Source: Arenicellales bacterium | GTDB taxonomy: Bacteria > Pseudomonadota > Gammaproteobacteria > Arenicellales > JAJDZL01 | Assembly (NCBI GenBank): GCA_965220395.1 | Contig: CBDCPT010000001.1 | Span: forward strand, 430,401-494,400 | Direction: 5' to 3' | Length of the DNA stretch: 64,000 nt | In this document: positions 56,203 to 64,000 of the stretch, in pieces | How the letters are laid out: each line of letters starts with the position of its first letter | Numbering within the stretch: position 1 is the stretch's first letter | Program-made: the position numbers and the translations under genes | The notes under the pieces: generated by a model | Seen by the model: only the letters and a program-made list of their open reading frames with translations | The model's database searches: none | Told to the model about the DNA's origin: nothing

Positions 56203-57000
56203 CTAATTTGTAAACAGACGTCCAAATTTCGGATTTCGATCTTCGATTCCAGCCAGTCTCAAGCAATGCCACGCCATTGCGTGATTGCTTGAGGTTACAG
56301 GTTTACCAATAGATTCTTCGATTTGTGTGATGACAGGTGCAATTCGAAGACTTGTACATGAAACGAATACGAGGTCAACCTGGTCGTGTTGACCGAGTTC
56401 AATTGCAGCCTGCTTGATCGAATCGACTGAGATTTTCGCTGCGCGATTGTCATCCTCCTCATTAAATGAACCAAAAGCGACGACATTGAATCCCTTGTTT
56501 TCGATGTAGTCCGCTACTGTGTCATTTACGTCTTGTCGATAAGGGGTAAGCACTGCAAGGTTTTTAGCGCTTAGTGCCTCAAACGCAGCGAATCCAGCAG
56601 TTATGGGAGTCGTACATTTCGCTTCAGGGCGTTTTTCTCGAATGCGCTCAAACACCCTTTCTTCGCCAATCACCATAGATGCTGAAGTACATCCATAGGC
56701 GACTACGTCAAGTGGAACTCCGTTCAGAATAATATCTGCACACTCAGGAATTCGCTGCTCCATGTCTGCAAGAGTTTCTGGAGTAATCGTTGAGGAGTTT
56801 CGAATCCTGCTTTCGTAGAATGCAACACCTTCGATATCAAGAAACGTACGAAATTCGTGCTCAATCGTGTGGTCGGAACCGAGCACGATAACGCCGATGG
56901 CGGCACGTTCTGCAATTCCTCCATCCACCTCGAATGGCATATGTGTTTGAGTTACACGTGGAAATTTTTCAATTGTTTGCGCTGCTTCCATGGTAGCCAC
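56203..57000 (-). CDS. Asp/Glu/hydantoin-racemase-superfamily protein (maleate-isomerase / arylmalonate-decarboxylase-like)
   Basis: Two catalytic-Cys contexts, AYGCTSASM and FVSCTSLR, spaced as in maleate cis-trans isomerases. Confidence 0.6.
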   Translation of the reverse strand: MATMEAAQTIEKFPRVTQTHMPFEVDGGIAERAAIGVIVLGSDHTIEHEFRTFLDIEGVAFYESRIRNSSTITPETLADMEQRIPECADIILNGVPLDVVAYGCTSASMVIGEERVFERIREKRPEAKCTTPITAGFAAFEALSAKNLAVLTPYRQDVNDTVADYIENKGFNVVAFGSFNEEDDNRAAKISVDSIKQAAIELGQHDQVDLVFVSCTSLRIAPVITQIEESIGKPVTSSNHAMAWHCLRLAGIEDRNPKFGRLFTN

Positions 57001-57104
57001 CTGTTTTCAATTACGAAAAAATGTGCAAAATTGGAATTGCTTCTATATTCAATTCTATCGCAATTCTATCGTAGATTACATTTTGAATAACAGAATCACT
57101 CAGT

Positions 57105-58358
57105 TCAACTGTAAACAGGGTGAAAACTGGAAGCATCAATCTCTGGTTTGCGCCCGAAAATTAAATCGGCAGCGATTTTTGCTGAACCACAGGCCATGGT
57201 CCAACCCATATGCCCTTGACCTGAATTGACGAACAAATTGTCATAACGAGCAAAGCCGATATACGGCGTTCCTTGAGGCGTCATCGGACGAAAGCAGGTT
57301 CTGTAAATCGGATTTGCATAGTCGGCAGCATTCGGCAGCAAGTCCTTTACAGCACTGAGCATTGGCTTGAAGTCTTTCGGTTTGTGTGCAAGGTTATAGC
57401 CCGCAAATTCCGCAGTTGCCGTTGCTCTGATCGCATTTCCGATGGGCGAGAAAGCAACCAGATTGTCTTCATCTACCGTTCCAATTGCAGGTAGTGAATG
57501 TTCATCTCCCACCGGCAGTGTGACGGAATATCCTTTTACCGGGTAGATTGGCAGGTCTATTCCGATTGGCGTCAGCACAAGTGGCGTGTGCGCTCCCATC
57601 GAAACAACAAATAGGTCGGCTTCAATATCGCCGCTTGATGATTTGGCACACTGCACTGTGTTTCGTTCAGCAACCAATGATTCAATTTTGGTATTGAGTA
57701 AAAACTGAACACCTCTCGATTGGCAAATTTGGGCCAGCTGCCGTGTAAACTTCCGCGAGTCTCCTGTTTCATCGCTAGGAGAGTAGACAGCTCCGGCTAT
57801 TTTCGAAACTGAAGTCGTGTATGCCGGTTCCAGATCAACAACTTCATCAGAATTCAGGGTTTTAAATTCTTGTCCGTTGTCCGCAAGAAGTTTTGCATGC
57901 TCAATTCCTTTTTGAAACGTTGTGGAATTACGAAACAGATAAAGCAGCCCTCTCATAAGCCGGTCAAATTCCAGAACATTTTCTTGAACTACGATTCCGA
58001 GTCGATTTTGAGAGTAACAGCAAAGAGAGTGTTTGCTCAGCGTATTTCTGACAGCATCTGCATTGTTGCATTGTCTAAGAAATAGAGCGGTCCACTTCCA
58101 GAACTGAAAATCGAATCTAAACCGTATACGGAATGCCTGATCATTTCGATAAATCGATTTGAGAAGAATTCCAGGGACTTTGGGGGATGCCCACGCGTAG
58201 GAGTGCCCCGGCGCGATCATGGAAGCATTGACTCCGCTAGCCTCGGATGCCACTTCCGAATTCAGTTCAACTACGACAATTTCGTTATCAGGATTGCGCG
58301 AAAGCTCGTATGCTGTGGTTACGCCGATGACACCAGCACCGAGAATGGCGATACGCAT
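57105..58358 (-). CDS. dadA: D-amino-acid dehydrogenase-like FAD oxidoreductase
   Basis: MRIAILGAGVIGVTTAYEL dinucleotide fold, DadA-like length (417 aa) and a C-terminal GQGHMGWTMA motif. Confidence 0.7.
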   Translation of the reverse strand: MRIAILGAGVIGVTTAYELSRNPDNEIVVVELNSEVASEASGVNASMIAPGHSYAWASPKVPGILLKSIYRNDQAFRIRFRFDFQFWKWTALFLRQCNNADAVRNTLSKHSLCCYSQNRLGIVVQENVLEFDRLMRGLLYLFRNSTTFQKGIEHAKLLADNGQEFKTLNSDEVVDLEPAYTTSVSKIAGAVYSPSDETGDSRKFTRQLAQICQSRGVQFLLNTKIESLVAERNTVQCAKSSSGDIEADLFVVSMGAHTPLVLTPIGIDLPIYPVKGYSVTLPVGDEHSLPAIGTVDEDNLVAFSPIGNAIRATATAEFAGYNLAHKPKDFKPMLSAVKDLLPNAADYANPIYRTCFRPMTPQGTPYIGFARYDNLFVNSGQGHMGWTMACGSAKIAADLIFGRKPEIDASSFHPVYS

Positions 58359-58409
58359 ATTGCTGTTCGACGGCTCAGTATCTGGCGGGCATCCGTATTT
58401 TTGGAAAAG

Positions 58410-58760
58410 CTACTTCAATGCAGCAATGACACCGATTTCAACATTGAACTGGGGTGCTGCCAATTTTGATTCAACACAAGCTCGTGCTGGTTGATTGCCG
58501 TCAGAAACCCAGGCATCCCAAACTGCGTTCATTTCATTGAAATCGTTAATGTCCGACAACCAGATTGTTGCAGAAAGCAACTTTGTTTTATCAGTGCCAG
58601 CTTCTGCAAGGTAATTGTCAATTCGTTCTAGGATATTTCTAGTCTGGTCGGTAATGCTTGCACTTGGTGCACCGAGTGCTACCTGACCTGCTGTGTATAC
58701 GGTGTCGCCATGAATGACTACTTGGCTCATTCTTTCATTTGTATCAATTCTTCGAATCAT
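58410..58760 (-). CDS. ridA: RidA/YjgF-family enamine/imine deaminase
   Basis: 116 aa with the YjgF fold pattern (VYTAGQV..., PARACVE...L). Confidence 0.75.
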   Translation of the reverse strand: MIRRIDTNERMSQVVIHGDTVYTAGQVALGAPSASITDQTRNILERIDNYLAEAGTDKTKLLSATIWLSDINDFNEMNAVWDAWVSDGNQPARACVESKLAAPQFNVEIGVIAALK

Positions 58761-58780
58761 CAGAACTGGCTCCGAGTGGA

Positions 58781-59692
58781 TTAGTTTGAGTTTGTAACGT
58801 AGGGGTGAACTGGATCTATGGATCTGTCTTTCCAGAGTCTCTTGAACACATCCAGATAACCTCTATAGTAGTAATTGCCATTCAATCTCAGAATTTCTTC
58901 CTTTCTTCTGTCGAATTCAATCGAAACCTGCTGCCAGGGCAGTGCTGGATTTTCATGATGAATCCAGTGATAGTTGTTGTTCAGATAGAGCAGTCTGCTG
59001 ATCGGAGATCCTTCAATGATCAAACTTCGCTCATCTTCTGATGGCGACCACCTGTGCTCACAATACGATCGTAATAGTGTCAGAGAGATGCCGGGATAAG
59101 CAAAACACAACAGATATTTCCACACTGCCATTTCACCGGCCTGAGTGACGAAAATTAAAATCACGGCGCTGAATGCAATGTGGATGAGCCAAATTTGGGT
59201 TCGTTGTCGGTCTCCTGCAAGGATTGCTTGAAATTCCCCCTTCCATAACAGGTACAAAGAGACGAATGGACCAATCAGGAGTCGACCAGTAAGCGTAAAG
59301 TTGAATCGGTAAATGTATTTGCCGAGTCTGTTCAGTCGATCCCAGTGATTCTTCGACACATACACAGATTCAGGATCTGATTCAGCATCTGTTAGAACCT
59401 CGCACTGGTGATGTATAGTGTGTGATTCCCGATAGGTCGGATACGGAAAAAAGAACATCAGGGGCGGATAAACAATCAACGAATTTAGCCATTGATATCG
59501 AGTTGGATACCCATGAACTGCGATGTGTTGCAGGCTTCCATGTAGGCAGGTGATGTAGCCTCCCATGAAAAACAGCAGCCAAACTGGCAGTGAATTTCCG
59601 TATAACACCAACAACAGCCAGCCAGTATAAACTCCGATAACAATTGCTAGATTTTGCTTGGCCCAAGATTTCTCAGTTAATGTACTGTCCAC
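58781..59692 (-). CDS. Membrane fatty-acid desaturase family protein
   Basis: Three His boxes, HGSLQH, HTIHH and HWIHHENP, with intervening TM segments. Confidence 0.8.
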   Translation of the reverse strand: MDSTLTEKSWAKQNLAIVIGVYTGWLLLVLYGNSLPVWLLFFMGGYITCLHGSLQHIAVHGYPTRYQWLNSLIVYPPLMFFFPYPTYRESHTIHHQCEVLTDAESDPESVYVSKNHWDRLNRLGKYIYRFNFTLTGRLLIGPFVSLYLLWKGEFQAILAGDRQRTQIWLIHIAFSAVILIFVTQAGEMAVWKYLLCFAYPGISLTLLRSYCEHRWSPSEDERSLIIEGSPISRLLYLNNNYHWIHHENPALPWQQVSIEFDRRKEEILRLNGNYYYRGYLDVFKRLWKDRSIDPVHPYVTNSN

Positions 59693-59792
59693 TAGAACTA
59701 GCCTATTAAGAAATAACTAATATCGCAAGTTAGTTTACTCATTTTTTCCATCTTGTCAATGCTGCTTGTCAGTCAAAGAATATTATTTTGGG

Positions 59793-59798
59793 TAACTA
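59793..59798. repeat. Target-site duplication (left) of the ISNCY-type element
   Basis: TAACTA directly abuts the left inverted repeat and is repeated at 61597-61602. Confidence 0.65.
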
Positions 59799-61596
59799 GT
59801 GTCTGGCAGAAAACCCCCATTATGGCGGGATTTCGGTAATAATTCGAGGTTCATTTTTTATTTTTTGCAGCTGAAACCGCTGAAAAGATGGCAGCGCAGT
59901 GGATTTGAAAGCGAATTTGCCAATTCCTGCGCAATTCCCCAGAAAACAGGTATAGGTACCCGTTCCCGTCTGAGCGGGAGTGTTCCGGCGCTCGCCGAAT
60001 TGGATGCCGCAGCGTCAGGCGGCGCGCAAACGCGCCTTTTTCTGCCGCTGGATATTCTCGCGCTCTGTGCGCTGCAATAACAGGCCAATGCGATGCAGGT
60101 TGGCCGCCACCACCGCCAGCGCAACCGTGCGATCAAAGCCGCCGGCACCATGACTGCGCACCCGGTCCAAACCTCGATGCTCAAGATTGTTGATCGCCGA
60201 CTCCACTGCCGGATGCTGTTTGCGTGCTGCCGCGAAGCCGGGCTCTTGCTCGCGCATCTGATTCGCCTTGCTCAAATAACCCTTGCACGGCAGCGCATTG
60301 AGATCCAGTATCTCATCCAATCGCCGGCGATTGGACGGACTGTGAAATCCACGATCGAAACTGCACATGCGAAAATCCGCAAATCGAGCCTGGGTTTCCT
60401 CCACCATCGACACGGCCACATCCACATCTGAGCCTTGCCACAGAATCTTGTGATGCACAATGAACTGGAACTGATCTTCGACCACGCACACCGGAACCCC
60501 CAACTCCACCTGCACCCCGGCCTTGCCTTTCGAGATCCAGCGGGTGTGCGGTTCAAATATCGAAAACACCTTCTCATCATGGGGAATCTTTTCGCCGTGC
60601 AGCAGCCGACGCTCGACCTGATCCAACTGGCGACGGGCATGGCCAAGATTTCTGTGAATCGCAAGCAACGTCAGCAACGACGCTGATTCACACTGCTCCA
60701 GACTCACAACGTCATGCTCCGCTCGCTCCGCAATCCACTTGCAATATTGAAGATACTCCTTCACCTTGCTGGTGTCTCTGCGTCCCTTTGATTTGCGCAC
60801 CCGGTTGTATAGCCGGCGCACCGAATTCTGCAGATGCCGATGCTGACGCCAATCGGTCCAACCGCATCTTTCCGCGGCCCGCGCCACATCCCGGATCACA
60901 CAACGCACTGCATCGTACAAGAGGTTGACATCCGTCGGATAATGCACATCGGTCTCAACTACGAAACTGTCACAGCGCCCGCGCAATGGCGCGCCAGGCT
61001 TTTTTCTTGCCACCTCGTGTCCGCTTTCAACCACTACCTTGCCGATCTCGGACAATAACTGCGGACCGAGCAGCGACACATTGTCGATCAGCGTCTGCAA
61101 ATGGTAGTAACTCGACTTGTCTCGGTAGAAACTCTCACTGTGACCCAGCATCTTGCGAACCGTGTCATGCTGGTTTGCAAGCTCCTGCAAGCGGTCGAAA
61201 TCGCAACCCAATCCCTGTTTGACCACCCCAAGAACGAACACGCGCCATAAATCCATGCCCGGTCGACCTACATCCAGATTGACGTCCGCTCTAACCTGCT
61301 CTTGCAGCAGTGAAAATATCTTCTCGCGAATTTGCGGCTGGGTGTAAATGTGCTGAATTCCCTTGAGTAGCGCTGGAATGTCGTCCCGAGACTTGGCATC
61401 GATGTCAATCTTGCCTATTGCGATCTCGCCAAACTCCATCTGACTGTTTTCGATTTTTCTCATCGCTCGAATTCCTCGAAGATTTACCGGTTTCAGGTGA
61501 TTTTTCCTCAATTATATGCTATTTTCCTGATCTTCGTTCAAAATATCCTGTTATTATTTAATATTATCAATGGGTTAAGCGTTCTCTGACAGACAC
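59799..61596 (-). mobile_element. ISNCY-family insertion sequence (1798 bp)
   Basis: Left end GTGTCTGGCAGAAAAC and the reverse complement of the right end, GTGTCTGTCAGAGAAC, match at 14/16 positions. The element is flanked by TAACTA direct repeats. Its interior is strongly GC-rich: a hand count gives about 65% for line 60121-60180. Confidence 0.8.
60015..61463 (-). CDS. ISNCY-family transposase
   Basis: MRKIENSQMEFGEIAIGKIDIDAKSRDDIPALLKGIQHIY...GRPGMDLWRVFVLGV matches my recollection of ISNCY transposase N-termini. The tracked TTG start at 61511 would add 16 aa. Confidence 0.75.
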   Translation of the reverse strand: MRKIENSQMEFGEIAIGKIDIDAKSRDDIPALLKGIQHIYTQPQIREKIFSLLQEQVRADVNLDVGRPGMDLWRVFVLGVVKQGLGCDFDRLQELANQHDTVRKMLGHSESFYRDKSSYYHLQTLIDNVSLLGPQLLSEIGKVVVESGHEVARKKPGAPLRGRCDSFVVETDVHYPTDVNLLYDAVRCVIRDVARAAERCGWTDWRQHRHLQNSVRRLYNRVRKSKGRRDTSKVKEYLQYCKWIAERAEHDVVSLEQCESASLLTLLAIHRNLGHARRQLDQVERRLLHGEKIPHDEKVFSIFEPHTRWISKGKAGVQVELGVPVCVVEDQFQFIVHHKILWQGSDVDVAVSMVEETQARFADFRMCSFDRGFHSPSNRRRLDEILDLNALPCKGYLSKANQMREQEPGFAAARKQHPAVESAINNLEHRGLDRVRSHGAGGFDRTVALAVVAANLHRIGLLLQRTERENIQRQKKARLRAA

Positions 61597-61602
61597 TAAC
61601 TA
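61597..61602. repeat. Target-site duplication (right) of the ISNCY-type element
   Basis: TAACTA, identical to 59793-59798. Confidence 0.65.
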
Positions 61603-61635
61603 GAGATAACGTGCTTCTAGAGGGTCACTCTACAA

Positions 61636-62751
61636 TTATCGACTTGATTGCAGCCACTCATTGAACCAGCGCTTCCGAACTCTTTCAGTTTGTGAATACC
61701 AAATACTGTCAGCGCGGATTGAACTATGTAGACCGTTTGAAGATGTCGGCATATACGATCGCATTGAAACATTCGATTTCGAATGCAACCCGATTCTCTT
61801 AAAGGCTGATTGACGGGTTGGACCATAAGGAAGCAGATTGGAAAATGCGGCCATGCTTTCGGTACTGGTGGCAAAGCTGACGAATTTTTCTGCGAGTTCG
61901 CGCTGAGGAGAGTGTCTGGAAATCCCCCAGACTCCAAACTCTAGAAGCTGACCTCTCGGCATGATTGATATAGGGAGGTCATGGTTGATTCGGGCGTCGA
62001 AAAATCGTCCGTTGAATCCCGATGCCATTACGACCGCACCGCTTCTTAACAATTCAACCGATTCGTTACCACTTTCCCACCAAATAATGTGATCTCGTAT
62101 CTCGTCAAGGCGGCGAGTTACGAGTCTGAGTCCACGTTCCGAACTGAGCAGATCATAAATTTGTTCGACAGGAACACCGTAAGAGAGCAATGCCCATTCC
62201 AGTATCGATTTTGGATGACGCTGAAGTGCTCGTTTGCCCGGAAACTTTTCGATGTCGAAAAAATCAGCAACTTGACTTGGTTTTTCATCAGAAAATGCGC
62301 GATCATCATAAGCCAGTACCGTCGCATATAGAAGATGCGCGACTCCACAATCAGAAATCGCATCACTCCTAAAATCTCTCGATACCGTTGTTCCGTCAGG
62401 TGCTGGAAAGAGCAAACTGACTTGAATTTTGGCAAGTAGATCCTCTTCACAAGCTGCGAGTGCATCTGACTCCGTCATGTCTACAACATCCATGCTTGGT
62501 TTGCCTGAAGAGTAAACCAATCGAAGGGGTGCAATGCCTCCGTTGTATTCCACCAGCGACACCTTAATGCCAGTTTTTTGTTCAAATGGCAGGATATATG
62601 CTTCCAGTTGAGCTTCTTCATAGGCTCCCCCCCAAGACGAAATCGTAAGTGTCTGGGTTTCCTGCGATCCGGCAAGCGCAGGCAAGATAACGAGAATCAG
62701 CGAAATGTAAATTTTAGACCGATGCATTTTCTTCGCTTTCAATTCGCTCAA
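61636..62751 (-). CDS. Periplasmic ABC-transporter solute-binding protein (PotD/PotF-like family 1)
   Basis: Signal peptide (IYISLILVILPALAGS) and an SBP family 1 layout (ISSWGGAYEEA...). The start may be the internal Met at 62727. Confidence 0.6.
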   Translation of the reverse strand: MSELKAKKMHRSKIYISLILVILPALAGSQETQTLTISSWGGAYEEAQLEAYILPFEQKTGIKVSLVEYNGGIAPLRLVYSSGKPSMDVVDMTESDALAACEEDLLAKIQVSLLFPAPDGTTVSRDFRSDAISDCGVAHLLYATVLAYDDRAFSDEKPSQVADFFDIEKFPGKRALQRHPKSILEWALLSYGVPVEQIYDLLSSERGLRLVTRRLDEIRDHIIWWESGNESVELLRSGAVVMASGFNGRFFDARINHDLPISIMPRGQLLEFGVWGISRHSPQRELAEKFVSFATSTESMAAFSNLLPYGPTRQSAFKRIGLHSKSNVSMRSYMPTSSNGLHSSIRADSIWYSQTERVRKRWFNEWLQSSR

Positions 62752-64000
62752 TTGCTCGCAGATAGGCGTTCATGACGTCATAGTTCCAAACCACACCCAA
62801 TAATTTGTTATCTGTAGAAGATACGATAGGTGCAATGTCGAGATTGACAATTCTGAGTGCTTCGACCGCTTCGATGAGATTCGTTTTTTCTGTGAATGTG
62901 AAATGCGGCAGTTGCGCCGCATATTTTACGATTTCCGATGGATCTCGATTACTGCATGACTCAAAGTGAACGACTCCGATAAATACCCCGTTGCTGTCAG
63001 TAACAAAGCCTTGATTGTAACTGCCTGATGAGAGTTTGGACAGAACGGTCTCGATATTGTCCTGAGCATCAAATCGAAGGTACTGGTCGTGCATCAAGGA
63101 AGTAATTTTTTCGTAGGCGAGAACGGCATTTCTTCGACCATGCGAAAGATCGAATCCACGCTGGATCAGCTGAACGTCGTACAGAGATCTTCCAAAAATT
63201 CTAGTGGCAATCAGATTTGAAAATACCACAGCAACCATTGCAGCAATGGCCAGGTCATAGCTATGGGTTAGTTCAAAAACAATCAGAATCATGGCTAGCG
63301 GAGCTCCGACGATAGGACTTGCAGCAGCCATCATCCCGCAGATGGCATAGGTCACCACTCCTGAATGTTCAAAGAATGTAATGTTGTCAAGAATTCCGCC
63401 AAAAAGTGCGCCGAACAGGATACCAATCAACAGAATGGGACTGAAGACGCCGCCTGCAAAACCAAAACCGATGCAGAGCACGGTTACCGCAAATTTGGCT
63501 ACTATGATCAGGCTCAGTTCGCTAAGTTGAAATGCACCTTCTATCGTCGCGAAGCGAAGGGCTGTGCCACCGATTCCGAGAACATCGGGTATCCACAGTG
63601 CCACGACACCCAGAATAAATCCGGCAATCATGGGGCGAAACGCCATAGGGATTCGAGTTCTCTTGGCAAAAGCACCACAAGCCAGAATTCCCTTGGCATA
63701 ACTGATCGCAATAAAGGCACTCAGTACGCCGACGACAGCAAACAAGAGAAATTCGTAGCCATGCTGGACACCATCAAATTCCACCAAAAACAGTGATGGT
63801 CGATGAAATACTACATTTACGATGACATAACCAATCGCAGTTGCTACAGCAGTCGGCGCAAACGCCTGAATCGAGTAGTGTCTCAATATGACTTCATGAG
63901 CGAAGATCAGACCTGCAATTGGAGCATTGAACGCCACCGAGATTGCCGCTGCGACACCACTGGCTACAGTAATCTCCTGTAGATTGTGTTTGTTGAGTTT
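62714..64000 (-). CDS. ClC-family voltage-gated chloride channel with C-terminal CBS pair, 5' end beyond window
   Basis: The frame stays open to nt 64000 (…GVAAAISVAFNAPIAGLIFAHE), so the tracked start at 63937 is internal. TM-rich body plus two CBS-like modules at the C-terminus. Confidence 0.8.
   Translation of the reverse strand, partial: KLNKHNLQEITVASGVAAAISVAFNAPIAGLIFAHEVILRHYSIQAFAPTAVATAIGYVIVNVVFHRPSLFLVEFDGVQHGYEFLLFAVVGVLSAFIAISYAKGILACGAFAKRTRIPMAFRPMIAGFILGVVALWIPDVLGIGGTALRFATIEGAFQLSELSLIIVAKFAVTVLCIGFGFAGGVFSPILLIGILFGALFGGILDNITFFEHSGVVTYAICGMMAAASPIVGAPLAMILIVFELTHSYDLAIAAMVAVVFSNLIATRIFGRSLYDVQLIQRGFDLSHGRRNAVLAYEKITSLMHDQYLRFDAQDNIETVLSKLSSGSYNQGFVTDSNGVFIGVVHFESCSNRDPSEIVKYAAQLPHFTFTEKTNLIEAVEALRIVNLDIAPIVSSTDNKLLGVVWNYDVMNAYLRAIERIESEENASV

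Overview
This is a densely coding 64-kb chromosomal segment of a moderately AT-rich, Gram-negative (proteobacterium-like) genome. All calls come from reading motifs in the supplied ORF translations and the raw sequence; no database or structure search was run.

The backbone is ordinary catabolism:
- polyamine and gamma-glutamyl genes (GS-like ligase, FAD oxidase, PuuD-like hydrolase)
- metC, a hutZ-like gene and gloB
- avtA, prc, chaC and an iron-type alcohol dehydrogenase
- a complete larC-larE-larB-larA nickel-pincer cofactor cluster
- a TAXI-TRAP transporter beside a three-part biotin carboxylase and a BKACE enzyme
- carnitine-type genes (CaiB-like, L-carnitine-dehydrogenase-like, ADP-forming acyl-CoA synthetase, CaiD-like)
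- PPK2, DadA, RidA, a fatty-acid desaturase, a periplasmic binding protein and a ClC channel

Other landmarks:
- an orphan nuoN
- an initiator tRNA-fMet (15558-15634)
- two visibly GC-rich IS elements with intact inverted repeats and target-site duplications: an ISAs1-type element with a DUF4338/DruA-like N-terminal extension (13400-15507), and an ISNCY-type element (59799-61596)
- a hicB-hicA pair
- a GST gene broken by a 1-nt frameshift

The stand-out is an accessory, defence-island-like block of about 11 kb (about 27.5-38.7 kb). It contains:
- an orphan RHH antitoxin-like gene
- a tightly coupled four-gene minus-strand operon: a DrmA-like DExH SF2 helicase (1075 aa), a DrmB-like DUF1998 protein (601 aa), a compact SF1 UvrD-like ATPase (391 aa) and a 533-aa protein with no recognisable domain
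- a 1.1-kb hairpin-rich non-coding spacer
- a divergent NERD-SF1 helicase fusion (Nhi-like)

The operon has the DISARM helicase/DUF1998 core, but no methyltransferase or PLD nuclease lies anywhere nearby. It is the best candidate for an undescribed system.
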